A DNA stretch of 64,000 bases, taken from NCBI GenBank assembly GCA_937136025.1, contig CAKZOC010000121.1:45121-109120 (forward strand), in the 5' to 3' direction. The DNA comes from an uncultured Bacteroidota bacterium (GTDB lineage: Bacteria > Bacteroidota > Bacteroidia > Flavobacteriales > Flavobacteriaceae). Numbering within the stretch: position 1 is the stretch's first letter; each line of letters begins with the position of its first letter. A model generated the notes under the pieces. That model was not told the origin of the DNA and searched no databases. It worked only from the letters and a program-made list of their open reading frames with translations. A program made the position numbers and the translations under genes. This document shows positions 30,360 through 40,007 of the stretch, piece after piece.

Positions 30360-31256
30360 ATGGGATCTGCCAAACGTCTGGACCGGGCCTACGCCAATGC
30401 AAAGAGAATCCCATTTAATGACGATTCTAAATTTATCTTTTTTAGTGATTGCCACCGGGGGGATAACAGTTTTGCAGATGAATTCGCCAACAACCGGAAC
30501 ATCTACTTCCACGCCCTGAAACAGTACTTCAACAAGGGTTTTCACTATATCGAACTCGGGGACGGAGATGAGCTCTGGGAGAATATTCAGTTCGAATCCA
30601 TTTTCGAGGCGCATAAAAACGTCTATCAACTCCTGAAATTGTTTTATGTAGACAACCGACTGCATCTGATTTGGGGAAATCACGACATGGTATACAAGGA
30701 TCCTGAAGTGGTTCAAAAGAATCTTTACACCTATTTTGAGCCCATAGACGGAAGGGAAAAAGCACTTTTTGATGGCCTTTGCTATCACGAAGGCCTCATC
30801 CTGGAACACGAGGGCACGGGGCAGGAAATATTCCTGTGCCACGGACATCAGGCCGACTGGTGGAACTACACCTTCTGGAGATGGAGTCGGTTTATGGTGC
30901 GCATCCTATGGAAGCCCCTGCAAGTCTGGGGTATAGCCGACCCTACATCCCCGGCCAAAAACTATAAAGAGCTCATTCGGATTGAAAAACGCCTGAAGAA
31001 TTGGATCCTCAGCCGGAACCTGACGATGACCATGGTAGGACATACCCACAGGCCGAGGTTTCCCGAGCCGGGGGAAATCCCTTTATTCAACGATGGCAGC
31101 TGTGTACATCCCAGAAGTATCACAGGTATCGAAATAGAAAACGGGCAAATCCTCCTGATCAAATGGCTTATTTCCACTTCAGATGAAGGGAACCTCCGGG
31201 TAGTCCGTCTGGTCCTGGAGGGACCTCAAAAGCTCTCGGATTATAAGAACAACTGA
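30360..31256 (+). CDS. Calcineurin-like metallophosphoesterase
   Basis: SDCH, LGDGDE, GNHD, HGH and GHTH metal-binding motifs. Confidence 0.85.
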   Translation: MGSAKRLDRAYANAKRIPFNDDSKFIFFSDCHRGDNSFADEFANNRNIYFHALKQYFNKGFHYIELGDGDELWENIQFESIFEAHKNVYQLLKLFYVDNRLHLIWGNHDMVYKDPEVVQKNLYTYFEPIDGREKALFDGLCYHEGLILEHEGTGQEIFLCHGHQADWWNYTFWRWSRFMVRILWKPLQVWGIADPTSPAKNYKELIRIEKRLKNWILSRNLTMTMVGHTHRPRFPEPGEIPLFNDGSCVHPRSITGIEIENGQILLIKWLISTSDEGNLRVVRLVLEGPQKLSDYKNN

Positions 31257-31262
31257 TCTGCC

Positions 31263-32441
31263 ATGACCCCCCTGGATGAACTCATAGCGCAAATCCCGCT
31301 GCGGCACAACCTGATATCTTACATGATGTTCACCGGTGCCCTGGTGGGGTTCATTTTCGCAATACTCATATGGATGCGTACGCCAGCCCACAATCGTGGA
31401 CTCCGCTATTATAGTCTGTTAATGCTCTGCCTTTCCTTCCTTATTCTGGACACCTTTCTGTGTTATACCGGGTGGATGAAATACACCCTGCACTGGAACG
31501 ATTCAACCGAACCCCTTACCCTCCTTCTCGCACCCCTGCTTTATCTCAGCATCCGTTTTCTGATACTGCGAAAACCCTTGCCTTCCTGGATACTCGCTTT
31601 GCATTTCCTTCCTGCCCTGCTCTATGCGCTTTCACAGACAGGTTACTATCTGGAGCCCCTGCCCGTCAAATACAATGCCTATAAGGATGCCTATTTTTCA
31701 CAACTTCCCTTTTCCAATGTCCCTGAGGGGACGGAGTACGCCTACCAGCGGGTCAAAGAATTTCAACGTTGGTTCCTTTTATTGGGTTTTACTTTTTACG
31801 GCTTGCTTTCTATCCGGCTTTGGTATACCCATCGCGGCGCCTTCGGGAATCCTGCCCGTGATGTTCGTTTTTCCAAATATCGTTTTGTTTTGTTCGTCCT
31901 GTCTGCATTTGTAACCACGCTGACTATCTTGTTTTATGTCTATATCAATTACGAGGACGATGGGGGAGACCACTATATCAATCTTTTTATTTCAGCCATT
32001 ATATGGGTATCGGTGATTGCCTTTCTTTCTGAATCCCGTTTTTTTCAGCACGCCTGGTTGATTGATAAATATGAAACTTCCTCCAAAGGCCATACGAAAC
32101 TATACCTAGAAGAAGTGCGGGAATTGGTCGCAGAGGAATCCTTTTTTTGTTCTGACAACCCTTCTCTTAAAAAACTGGGAGAAGCCCTCGGGACTCACCC
32201 AAATACAATTTCACGCCTGATCAATCAGCATACCGATGGAAATTTCAACGACTTTGTGAATGGTTTTCGCATTCGTCTTGCTATTGAGCGGTTAAGGTCC
32301 GAGGCCTACCAAAACTGGACTATAGAAGGGGTTGGCCAAAGCGTCGGTTTTCGTTCCAAATCGTCATTCTATCAAGCTTTTAAAAAACAGACCGGGATGT
32401 CCCCTGCCGCCTATCTGAAAACCGGGCGGGATCCTGCCTGA
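31263..32441 (+). CDS. Membrane-anchored AraC-family regulator
   Basis: About 7 hydrophobic segments followed by a double HTH (HPNTISRLIN...FNDFVNGFRI...VGFRSKSSFYQAFKKQTGMSP). Confidence 0.9.
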   Translation: MTPLDELIAQIPLRHNLISYMMFTGALVGFIFAILIWMRTPAHNRGLRYYSLLMLCLSFLILDTFLCYTGWMKYTLHWNDSTEPLTLLLAPLLYLSIRFLILRKPLPSWILALHFLPALLYALSQTGYYLEPLPVKYNAYKDAYFSQLPFSNVPEGTEYAYQRVKEFQRWFLLLGFTFYGLLSIRLWYTHRGAFGNPARDVRFSKYRFVLFVLSAFVTTLTILFYVYINYEDDGGDHYINLFISAIIWVSVIAFLSESRFFQHAWLIDKYETSSKGHTKLYLEEVRELVAEESFFCSDNPSLKKLGEALGTHPNTISRLINQHTDGNFNDFVNGFRIRLAIERLRSEAYQNWTIEGVGQSVGFRSKSSFYQAFKKQTGMSPAAYLKTGRDPA

Positions 32442-32444
32442 GGT

Positions 32445-32466
32445 GTACGGAATTACAAATCCATAC
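32445..32466. promoter_or_regulatory. Imperfect inverted repeat, candidate binding site of the adjacent AraC regulator
   Basis: GTACGGA-N8-TCCATAC between the AraC stop and the acyltransferase; a second IR (CCCGGA-N13-TCCGGG) lies at 32476-32500. Confidence 0.35.
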
Positions 32467-32533
32467 GGTTACGACCCCGGAATCCTCTTGTAAATCCGGG
32501 AAACTTCAGACTTTTGCTGCAAAACACAGTTCG

Positions 32534-33661
32534 ATGGAAAACGTGAGAAGGTATGATCTGGATTGGCTGCGCGTCGGGGTATTTGCGCTTTTGATTTTCT
32601 ATCATGTGGGGATGTTCTTTGTCCCCTGGGGCTTTCACCTTAAAAACAATGTCATCTATCCCGAACTCCGCTGGCCCATGCTTTTTTTAAACCAATGGCG
32701 TCTGCCGATTCTATTTGTAATCTCGGGAATGGGAACCTTTTACGCCTATTCCTTCAGGTCGCCCGGTCAATATGCCTGGGAGCGCATCCTCAGATTGGGA
32801 ATCCCCCTGATTTTTGGGATGCTCCTGATCGTTCCCCCACAGGTGTATCTGGAACGCCTGGCTCAGGGTGATTTCCAGGGTTGGTATTGGGAGTACTTTC
32901 CTTCAAAGGCCTTTAACGGGATCTACCCGGAAGGGAATTTAAGCTGGCATCACCTTTGGTTCCTTCCCTATTTGCTGCTCTTTTCCCTGATTTTGGCGTG
33001 GCCCTTCCGACAGATCAAGAACCGTCCCGGACCTCTGGTCAAATGGGTGGGAAGCAGGCTGGAAACCCCCTGGGGATGGCTTATTTTCCTCATTCCGCTT
33101 TATCTTTGGGAAGCCTTCCTGGAACCTAATTTCAACGTAACCCACGCCCTTGTCGACGACTGGTTTGCCCTGATCAATTTCGGCACCTTGTTTTTCTTCG
33201 GTTTCCTGCTCATTGCAAGCGGCGCTCCCTTCTGGGAAAATGTTACAAAATATCGAAGGCGGAACCTGCTCATAGGTATCGGCAGTTTTTGTACCCTGAT
33301 CTTCATATGGCAATTTGAGGACGGCGTCTTGCGGCATTTTACCGAGGCCGGGGTAAAAGTCCTCAATCTCTGGACATGGATCTTTGTATTGTTCGGATAT
33401 GCCGCCGCATACCTGAACCGGCCCGGCAAGGTGCTGAGCTACTGCAACCGGGCGGTTTACCCGTTCTACATCCTGCACCAAACCCTCACCCTTATCATCG
33501 CATATTTTATCATGGATCTGGACTGGGGCTTCTGGGTTAAGGCCCTCTTGCTTACCGTGGGCACTTTCGGGGGTAGTCTCCTGCTCTACCAGGGGGTTAT
33601 TCTACCTTTAAAATGGCTGCACCCATTTTTTGGATTAAAATCAAAAAAAACACCCCGATAA
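32534..33661 (+). CDS. Acyltransferase 3 family membrane protein (OpgC/MdoC-like)
   Basis: RRYDLDWLR, FYHVG, WRLPILFVISG, HHLWFLPYL and YPFYILHQ motifs. Confidence 0.85.
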   Translation: MENVRRYDLDWLRVGVFALLIFYHVGMFFVPWGFHLKNNVIYPELRWPMLFLNQWRLPILFVISGMGTFYAYSFRSPGQYAWERILRLGIPLIFGMLLIVPPQVYLERLAQGDFQGWYWEYFPSKAFNGIYPEGNLSWHHLWFLPYLLLFSLILAWPFRQIKNRPGPLVKWVGSRLETPWGWLIFLIPLYLWEAFLEPNFNVTHALVDDWFALINFGTLFFFGFLLIASGAPFWENVTKYRRRNLLIGIGSFCTLIFIWQFEDGVLRHFTEAGVKVLNLWTWIFVLFGYAAAYLNRPGKVLSYCNRAVYPFYILHQTLTLIIAYFIMDLDWGFWVKALLLTVGTFGGSLLLYQGVILPLKWLHPFFGLKSKKTPR

Positions 33662-33749
33662 AATCAGTGCCCGGGTTGCCCGGTTGGAGACCCCATCTCT
33701 TGGGTGGAAAACCGTATATTTAAACCGAAAACCAACCCGCTGCCAAACC

Positions 33750-35066
33750 ATGCCACTGCTGATTGTAGTCCTGGGAATCCTCCTGCTATTCCTGCTGATT
33801 GCCCGGTTTAAACTCAATGCGTTTATAGCCTTTATCATCGTATCTCTGGGAGTAGGACTGGCCGAGGGAATGGATTTAGAAACGTTGGTGGATGCCATAG
33901 AAAGCGGGATTGGAAATACGCTCGGGTTTCTGCTGATCATCCTGGGTCTGGGCGCCATGTTGGGGAAACTAGTGGCGGAGAGCGGAGCGGCACAGCGTAT
34001 TACGGGTGTACTTGTTTCGCGTTTTGGAAAAAAGAATGTCCAATGGGCTGTGGTCCTGACCGGCTTTATTGTAGGTATCCCCATGTTTTACACGGTGGGT
34101 TTTGTCATCCTGGTGCCTCTTGTTTTTACGGTCGCTGCCGCCACAGGCCTGCCTTTACTCTACGTGGGCATGCCTATGCTGGCCTCCCTCTCGGTCACCC
34201 ACGGGTATTTGCCCCCTCATCCCGCACCCACGGCAATTTCTGAGATTTTCGAGGCCGACCTCGGGAAGACCCTCCTTTACGGCATCCTGATTGCCATTCC
34301 GGCTATTGCTGTAGCCGGGCCTTTTCTCTCCCGGTTTTTTACCAAAATCCCGGCAAGCCCCCTTAAAGAATTTGTAAACCCAAAGGTTCTGGGCGAAGCG
34401 GAAATGCCAGGCATTCGGGTGAGTATTTTCACAGCTCTACTGCCCGTACTTCTTATCGGGCTGGCGGCGTTGTCCGATTTATTTTTACCGGCAAACCTCT
34501 GGATTACGAAAGCGATACAGTTTTTAGGCAATCCGGTAATTGCGATGTTGCTTTCCGTTTTAGTGGCCATATATACCCTTGGACTGGCCCGGGGTAAAAC
34601 GATGAAGGAAGTGATGACATCCGTGGGAAATTCGGTCTCAGGGATCACTATGGTATTATTGATTATTGCCGGGGCGGGAGCCCTGAAAGAAGTTCTGATC
34701 CAAAGTGGGGTGAGTCAGTACATCGGAGCTTTGTTATCCCAATCCAGCGTTTCTCCCCTTATTTTGGCCTGGGGAATTGCGACGGTGATCCGGGTATGTG
34801 TCGGATCGGCAACTGTTGCAGGACTTACAGCTGCTGGCATCGTCCTGCCCCTTATCGGCACCTCAGGTGTTGCCCCAGAATTGATGGTCCTGGCCATTGG
34901 TTCGGGCAGTTTAATGCTCTCTCATGTAAACGACAGCGGGTTTTGGCTGTTTAAGGAATATTTTAACCTCTCAGTGGCAGATACCCTGAGAACCTGGACC
35001 GTCATGGAAACTACCGTGGGGATCATGGGTTTGATTGGGGTTCTCGTCCTGGATGCACTGATCTAA
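33750..35066 (+). CDS. GntP-family sugar-acid:H+ symporter
   Basis: Start moved to ATG 33750; LGAMLGKLVAESGAA, LPPHPAPT and SHVNDSGFWLFKEY motifs. Confidence 0.92.
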   Translation: MPLLIVVLGILLLFLLIARFKLNAFIAFIIVSLGVGLAEGMDLETLVDAIESGIGNTLGFLLIILGLGAMLGKLVAESGAAQRITGVLVSRFGKKNVQWAVVLTGFIVGIPMFYTVGFVILVPLVFTVAAATGLPLLYVGMPMLASLSVTHGYLPPHPAPTAISEIFEADLGKTLLYGILIAIPAIAVAGPFLSRFFTKIPASPLKEFVNPKVLGEAEMPGIRVSIFTALLPVLLIGLAALSDLFLPANLWITKAIQFLGNPVIAMLLSVLVAIYTLGLARGKTMKEVMTSVGNSVSGITMVLLIIAGAGALKEVLIQSGVSQYIGALLSQSSVSPLILAWGIATVIRVCVGSATVAGLTAAGIVLPLIGTSGVAPELMVLAIGSGSLMLSHVNDSGFWLFKEYFNLSVADTLRTWTVMETTVGIMGLIGVLVLDALI

Positions 35067-35077
35067 ATCGAACACCT

Positions 35078-35548
35078 ATGAAAAATTCCACTCCTGAACA
35101 ACGATTGATGTCCCTTGGGCTTGCCCTTCCCCCGGCCCCTCCTCCGGCAGGACTTTACAAACCCGTACGGGTATCAGAAGGGTATCTGTATATTTCCGGC
35201 CAGGCTCCCATGAGGGCTGACGGCTCTTATATCTGCGGCCGGGCGGGAATTGACATGGACCGGGAGGATGCCAAATCGGCTGCCCGCCAGGTGGGACTCA
35301 CCATGTTGTCCACCATAAAGACCCATTTTGGATCTCTCGATACGCTGGACTACCTCGTCAAAACCCTGGGGATGGTAAACGGCAGTCCGGATTTTCACGA
35401 CTACCCTTATGTAATCAATGGCTTTAGCGAACTGATGGCCGAGGTTTTCGGCACTGAAAAAGGAGTGGGAGCCCGATCTGCGGTGGGTATGTATTTGCCT
35501 GGAAATGTGGCCGTGGAGATAGAGTCCATATTTAAAATTAAGGATTGA
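35078..35548 (+). CDS. RidA/YjgF family imine deaminase
   Basis: LPPAPPPAGLY, YISGQ and ARSAVG (catalytic Arg kept); ends in VEIE. Confidence 0.9.
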   Translation: MKNSTPEQRLMSLGLALPPAPPPAGLYKPVRVSEGYLYISGQAPMRADGSYICGRAGIDMDREDAKSAARQVGLTMLSTIKTHFGSLDTLDYLVKTLGMVNGSPDFHDYPYVINGFSELMAEVFGTEKGVGARSAVGMYLPGNVAVEIESIFKIKD

Positions 35549-35573
35549 ACCCATTAATTTCACTGGCTTAACA

Positions 35574-36710
35574 ATGGATCCTAAACAACACACCCCCTGG
35601 TTCGAAGTGGAGCACGAAGCGGAAATCGACTCTCCGGCTTTGCTGGTTTATCCGGAGCGGATTGCACACAATATCCGGGAGATGGTCGCGATTGCCGGAG
35701 ATCCGGCTCGACTCAGACCCCACATTAAAACCCACAAAATGGCGGAAATTATTCGGATGCAACAAAAGGCAGGCATCCGAAAATTTAAGTGCGCCACCCT
35801 TGCTGAAGCCGAATTACTGGCGCAATGTGAAGCAGCCGATGTGCTGGTAGCCTATCCCCTTACCGGGCCCGGGCCAGCCCGGCTCTCCCGCTTACAAAAA
35901 AAATATCCGGCCACCCGGTTTTCATGTCTTGTCGATAATCTACAGGCTCTGGAGACTTTACAGGAAACGGTAACCGCTGCGGGAATCCGGTTAGGGGTGT
36001 TTATGGACCTGAATGTCGGTATGAACCGCACCGGGATTATACCTGGCCCCGAGGCGGTGGCGCTTTACCTCAAGATGGATTCGGCCGAATCCCTGGATTG
36101 CCGTGGATTTCATGCCTATGACGGGCATCTGAGAAATCCGGATCCTGAAATCCGGGCCAGCGATTGCGACGCTGCGTTTAAAAAAGTAGAGGCCTTACGC
36201 GAAACCCTTTTGGCACAATCCGTACGTGTCCCGAATATCATTGCCGGGGGATCTCCTACCTTCCCGATTCACGCCAGGCGGACCGATGTAGAACTGAGCC
36301 CGGGAACCACATTGCTTTGGGACGCCCGATACGGTACTCAATTTCCTGAGATGCCCTTTCTCCCGGCCGCTGCCCTTTTATGCAGGGTGATCAGCAAACC
36401 TGCACCAGGCATATGCTGCCTGGATTTAGGGCACAAAGCCGTGGCTGCAGAAATGGATTTTCCCAGGGTCTTTCTTCCCCAACTCCCCGAAAGCCAACAG
36501 ATCAGCCAGAGCGAAGAACACCTGGTCCTGAAAGACGACCCTTCAAACCTCCCACCTGTCGGAACCGTTTTTTATGCCATTCCCATGCATATCTGCCCTA
36601 CGGTAATCAAATATCCGCAGGCCCTTACCGTTATAGAAGGGTCCGTATGCGGTAAGTGGAATATCGCGGCAAGGGACTATCATTTACCGCTCAAAGGCCC
36701 TGTTTTTTAA
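35574..36710 (+). CDS. D-threonine aldolase / DSD1-family PLP-dependent enzyme (fold III)
   Basis: RPHIKTHK (PLP Lys), HAYDGH, GGSPT, SEEH and HICPT motifs. Confidence 0.9.
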   Translation: MDPKQHTPWFEVEHEAEIDSPALLVYPERIAHNIREMVAIAGDPARLRPHIKTHKMAEIIRMQQKAGIRKFKCATLAEAELLAQCEAADVLVAYPLTGPGPARLSRLQKKYPATRFSCLVDNLQALETLQETVTAAGIRLGVFMDLNVGMNRTGIIPGPEAVALYLKMDSAESLDCRGFHAYDGHLRNPDPEIRASDCDAAFKKVEALRETLLAQSVRVPNIIAGGSPTFPIHARRTDVELSPGTTLLWDARYGTQFPEMPFLPAAALLCRVISKPAPGICCLDLGHKAVAAEMDFPRVFLPQLPESQQISQSEEHLVLKDDPSNLPPVGTVFYAIPMHICPTVIKYPQALTVIEGSVCGKWNIAARDYHLPLKGPVF

Positions 36711-36768
36711 CGTATTTACAACTTTGTTTGGCAGGGTATTTGCTAATTTTACATTTCAGATGGGTTGT

Positions 36769-37419
36769 ATGCGAATTCTTGGAACGATATTTATCTTGTG
36801 CTTTCTCAGCGGACCGCTGAGCGCTCAAACGGATATTCCCAATAGCCGTAAACTGAGAATTGAAGCCAATCCCGATAAAGGGATTACCCCGAGTACTTCC
36901 ACCGGCCTGGGGCTTTCTACTCCCTCTACCCTCGGAAAAACCCCGGACCTCAACCTCAGGGATGATTTGTATAAGCGACCTGTGCAAATGCAACCCGAAA
37001 CAGAACTCAAACAAGCCGGGCACAATCTGGTATTAAAACCCAACCTTTCTGAAGGGCAAAAGGGCAAGTCTGAACATTTTGGGGATATGTATCTCGGAGA
37101 TATTAAGACAGCCTCCAATTTTATCGGTGTCGTTTGCCGGGATCACGAGTATGTAGACGGAGACCGGGTTCGCATCTACGCAAACGGCGTTGTCGTAGAG
37201 CCCAATGTGCTGTTAACCGGTGCCTTTAAAGGCATTAATGTGGAACTTGATCAGGGATTTAACCGTCTGGAGTTTGAGGCCCTGAATCAGGGATCCTCAG
37301 GGCCAAACACCGCCCAGGTAGATGTGTACAATGAAAACGGAAAACTTATGTTTTCGAATAAGTGGCTTCTTTCCACAGGCTCCAAAGCTTCTTTGATTGT
37401 CGTAAAAGAAGCTCAATAA
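36769..37419 (+). CDS. Hypothetical secreted protein
   Basis: Signal peptide ending LSA|Q from ATG 36769; low-complexity N-half; beta-rich C-half with RDHEYVDGDRV and ALNQGSSGPNTA. Confidence 0.7.
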   Translation: MRILGTIFILCFLSGPLSAQTDIPNSRKLRIEANPDKGITPSTSTGLGLSTPSTLGKTPDLNLRDDLYKRPVQMQPETELKQAGHNLVLKPNLSEGQKGKSEHFGDMYLGDIKTASNFIGVVCRDHEYVDGDRVRIYANGVVVEPNVLLTGAFKGINVELDQGFNRLEFEALNQGSSGPNTAQVDVYNENGKLMFSNKWLLSTGSKASLIVVKEAQ

Positions 37420-37424
37420 AAATC

Positions 37425-39608
37425 CTATTTCTTCCTTTCTCCCGGATGGTACTCTTCCTGAGCCCGGGCACGGACATCCGCCTCGTAATACGGCACCTCC
37501 TTGAAGTTGGCATTCGCATAGCGCAAGGCCTGATCGTCGAAGTGAGGCGATTGGGGATCTCCGCTTTGCCCCCCGGCCAGCATGGATTTGGCCTTTACTT
37601 TATCGCCAAATTCAACTACCGCTACAAAACTATTGCCCCGGGTACCGTATATACGCTTGGTATTATTGTTATACCGGGCCCCATACGCCGCCAGAGCGCC
37701 CCATCTCCCCGAGGCGAATCCTATGGGAATACTCGGTTTGGCATCGTCAAAAGCCTGGCGTATGTCTCCATTGATACGCTGGTACCTATTGACTTCGCCC
37801 CAGGGAAGTTCCCAGGTTCCGAAATCTGAGATCAGACTGTCGAGTACATTGGAAAAAACAGAAAGTCGCTCCGCATCCGCAGACTCAGATCCGAGGTACT
37901 GCATCAGCTCCATATCGCTCAAACCTTGCGGATTCGTATCCATTCGTCCATACAGGGTGCCGTAGAAGTGTGACAGGGTCATGGCCACGGAAGACTCAGA
38001 AGTCCTGAAATCCCACTGACGTAAAACATCTATGGGCCCACGGAGTTTCGGATCGGGATTCTGCTGCCGGTCATAGGCCTCCACCAGTCCTGGTATTAAG
38101 GCTTCAAACGCAGGAACCGGGGAGCGGTGCGGGAGTCAAAGGAGCCCATTGAGGGTCATCCCGGAGGCCTCTTTAAGCAAATCAATGGCGTGTACCCCCC
38201 TGAAATTTTCACGGTCTGCCGACATATACTTGGGGTAATCTCCCCGCTTCGGACTGTTTTCTAAAGCTGAAGTATACGGAGTGGAATTGCAATTCTGAAT
38301 CCATCCATTGGACGGATTCACCACGAGAATGCTCTCGTCCACCGAATGCAAACCCTGCCAGTCTGTTCCCGGATCGCTCCCATCTACAGGTCTGCTGAAA
38401 TCGATAAGGGTATCGCGTTTAGGAATAAAATTTCCATGAAAATAGGCGATTGTACCATCGGCATCCGCATAGACGGTATTATTTGACGAGTTCGTACGAA
38501 TGTCCATCATCTTCCGGAATCCCTCATAAGAATCCTGTTTGGTCCGGATAAAAGACTGCTCCAAAGCACGTACGGGATCCCACATCATAGCGGTGGCAAC
38601 AGGTTTCCCCTCTACCGTATGGGTGATGGGTCCGTGATGCGTATGGTAGGCGGGAAAGGTTCGTTCCAACAAACTGTCGGCGGAAGCATAGGAAAGTGTA
38701 ATCTCAGATGTTCGGACGGGTCTGAGTTCTTCCCCGTACCGGTACTGAGGTGTTCCGTCTATTTCCGTTACGGTTTCCACAAATTCGTCCAGAACGTCGG
38801 TGTAGGTGGAGGTATGCATCCAGCCGGTTTTCTCATTAAAGCCCTGATAGACAAAAAACTGCCCCCAGGTAACCGCCCCGTACGCATTTAAACCCTCTTC
38901 ACTAACCATATGGACCTCACCCCGAAAATAAAAAGAGGTATGGGGATTGATGAGCAGCATGGCATTCCCGGAGGCTGTCAGATCACCGGCCAGCGCAATC
39001 CCATTGGATCCCTGGGGTTCCAGTTCGGCCTCCTTTTTGGCCAGATCCAAAGCTTCTGATTCAGGGAATTCAATACCCTCCTCGTAATAGGCCTTGAGTT
39101 TGCGGGTACTGACCCTCTCAATATCACCGCCGATGGATCCTTCGCTGAAATACATGGGCATCCAGGGTTCAAAACGCGTTAAAAGTCTGGGAGTAACCTC
39201 CGGATGGGTATACAGGTAGTAGTTAATGCCATCAGCAAAGGCATTACATAACTCTTTTAACCAGGCCGGACTGCCCTCGTAAGCCGCTATAGCCTCTGAA
39301 CGCGTCATAAAGAGGCGGGCTCTTAAATCGCTGTAGAGGGCTTCTTCCCCTTCTACCTCGGCCAGTCGGCCAATAGCCCAGATATAATTTTGTTCTACCC
39401 GATTAAAGTCATCCTCACATTGGGCATACAGCAATCCAAAAACCGCATCGGCGTCCGTTTTTCCATACACGTGAGGAACGCCAAAATCATCGCGGATTAT
39501 CGTGATGCGCGCCGCCTGTTCTTCCCAGGCCCCGATTTCAGTGTTCTGTTGGCTTTCTCCACAACCCAGGAGCAGGGTCAGCAATAGCGGTAGGTAAAGG
39601 AATCTCAT
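37425..39608 (-). pseudogene. Penicillin acylase family Ntn-hydrolase lipoprotein interrupted by an in-frame TGA at 38136-38138
   Basis: ORFs 38136-39608 and 37425-38084 share a frame with only one stop between them. Motifs: lipobox LLGC, RDDFGVPH, PQG|SNG beta-chain Ser, INPH, QNCN, and C-terminal GGQSGDP.SPHF.DQ. Confidence 0.8.
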
Positions 39609-39660
39609 CTGTACATTTTAGAGTGCGGAGAGGAAGATACCCAAAAATTCAAAAATAAAG

Positions 39661-39990
39661 CTAACTCTCGGGAGCCAGTTCCACATGAAGGCCATCGAGT
39701 TCGGGCCTCATGGCGATCTGGCACCCCAGCCGGCTGCTTTCCTTTACATAAAAAGCCTCGGAAAGCATGGCTTCTTCTTCATCGGACTTTTCAGGAAGCT
39801 CATGGTCACTGAGCACGTAACACTGACAGGAAGCACACATGGCCATTCCCCCACAAACTCCGATAGTACCTTCCGGAGCGAGTTCATAGGCCCGAACCAC
39901 TTCCATAAGGTTCATGTTCATATCGGTCGGCGCCTCAACGGTATGATCCTCACCTTCACGATCTGTAATACGTATTTGAATGTCAGTCAT
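39661..39990 (-). CDS. fdx: 2Fe-2S ferredoxin (adrenodoxin/Fdx-like)
   Basis: CGGMAMCASC...SRLGCQ. Confidence 0.92.
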   Translation of the reverse strand: MTDIQIRITDREGEDHTVEAPTDMNMNLMEVVRAYELAPEGTIGVCGGMAMCASCQCYVLSDHELPEKSDEEEAMLSEAFYVKESSRLGCQIAMRPELDGLHVELAPES

Positions 39991-40007
39991 GAAAAAACAC
40001 GGATTGC

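Noticed and set aside
38136-38175. Selenocysteine recoding of the acylase TGA
   Set aside because: The position is not a catalytic or Cys-equivalent site as far as I can tell, the downstream sequence forms only a weak bulged stem unlike a bacterial SECIS, and no sel genes are in the window.
37425-39608. Natural two-gene alpha/beta subunit split of the acylase
   Set aside because: The beta chain begins at Ser201 (PQG|SNG); the break is 290 residues further on.
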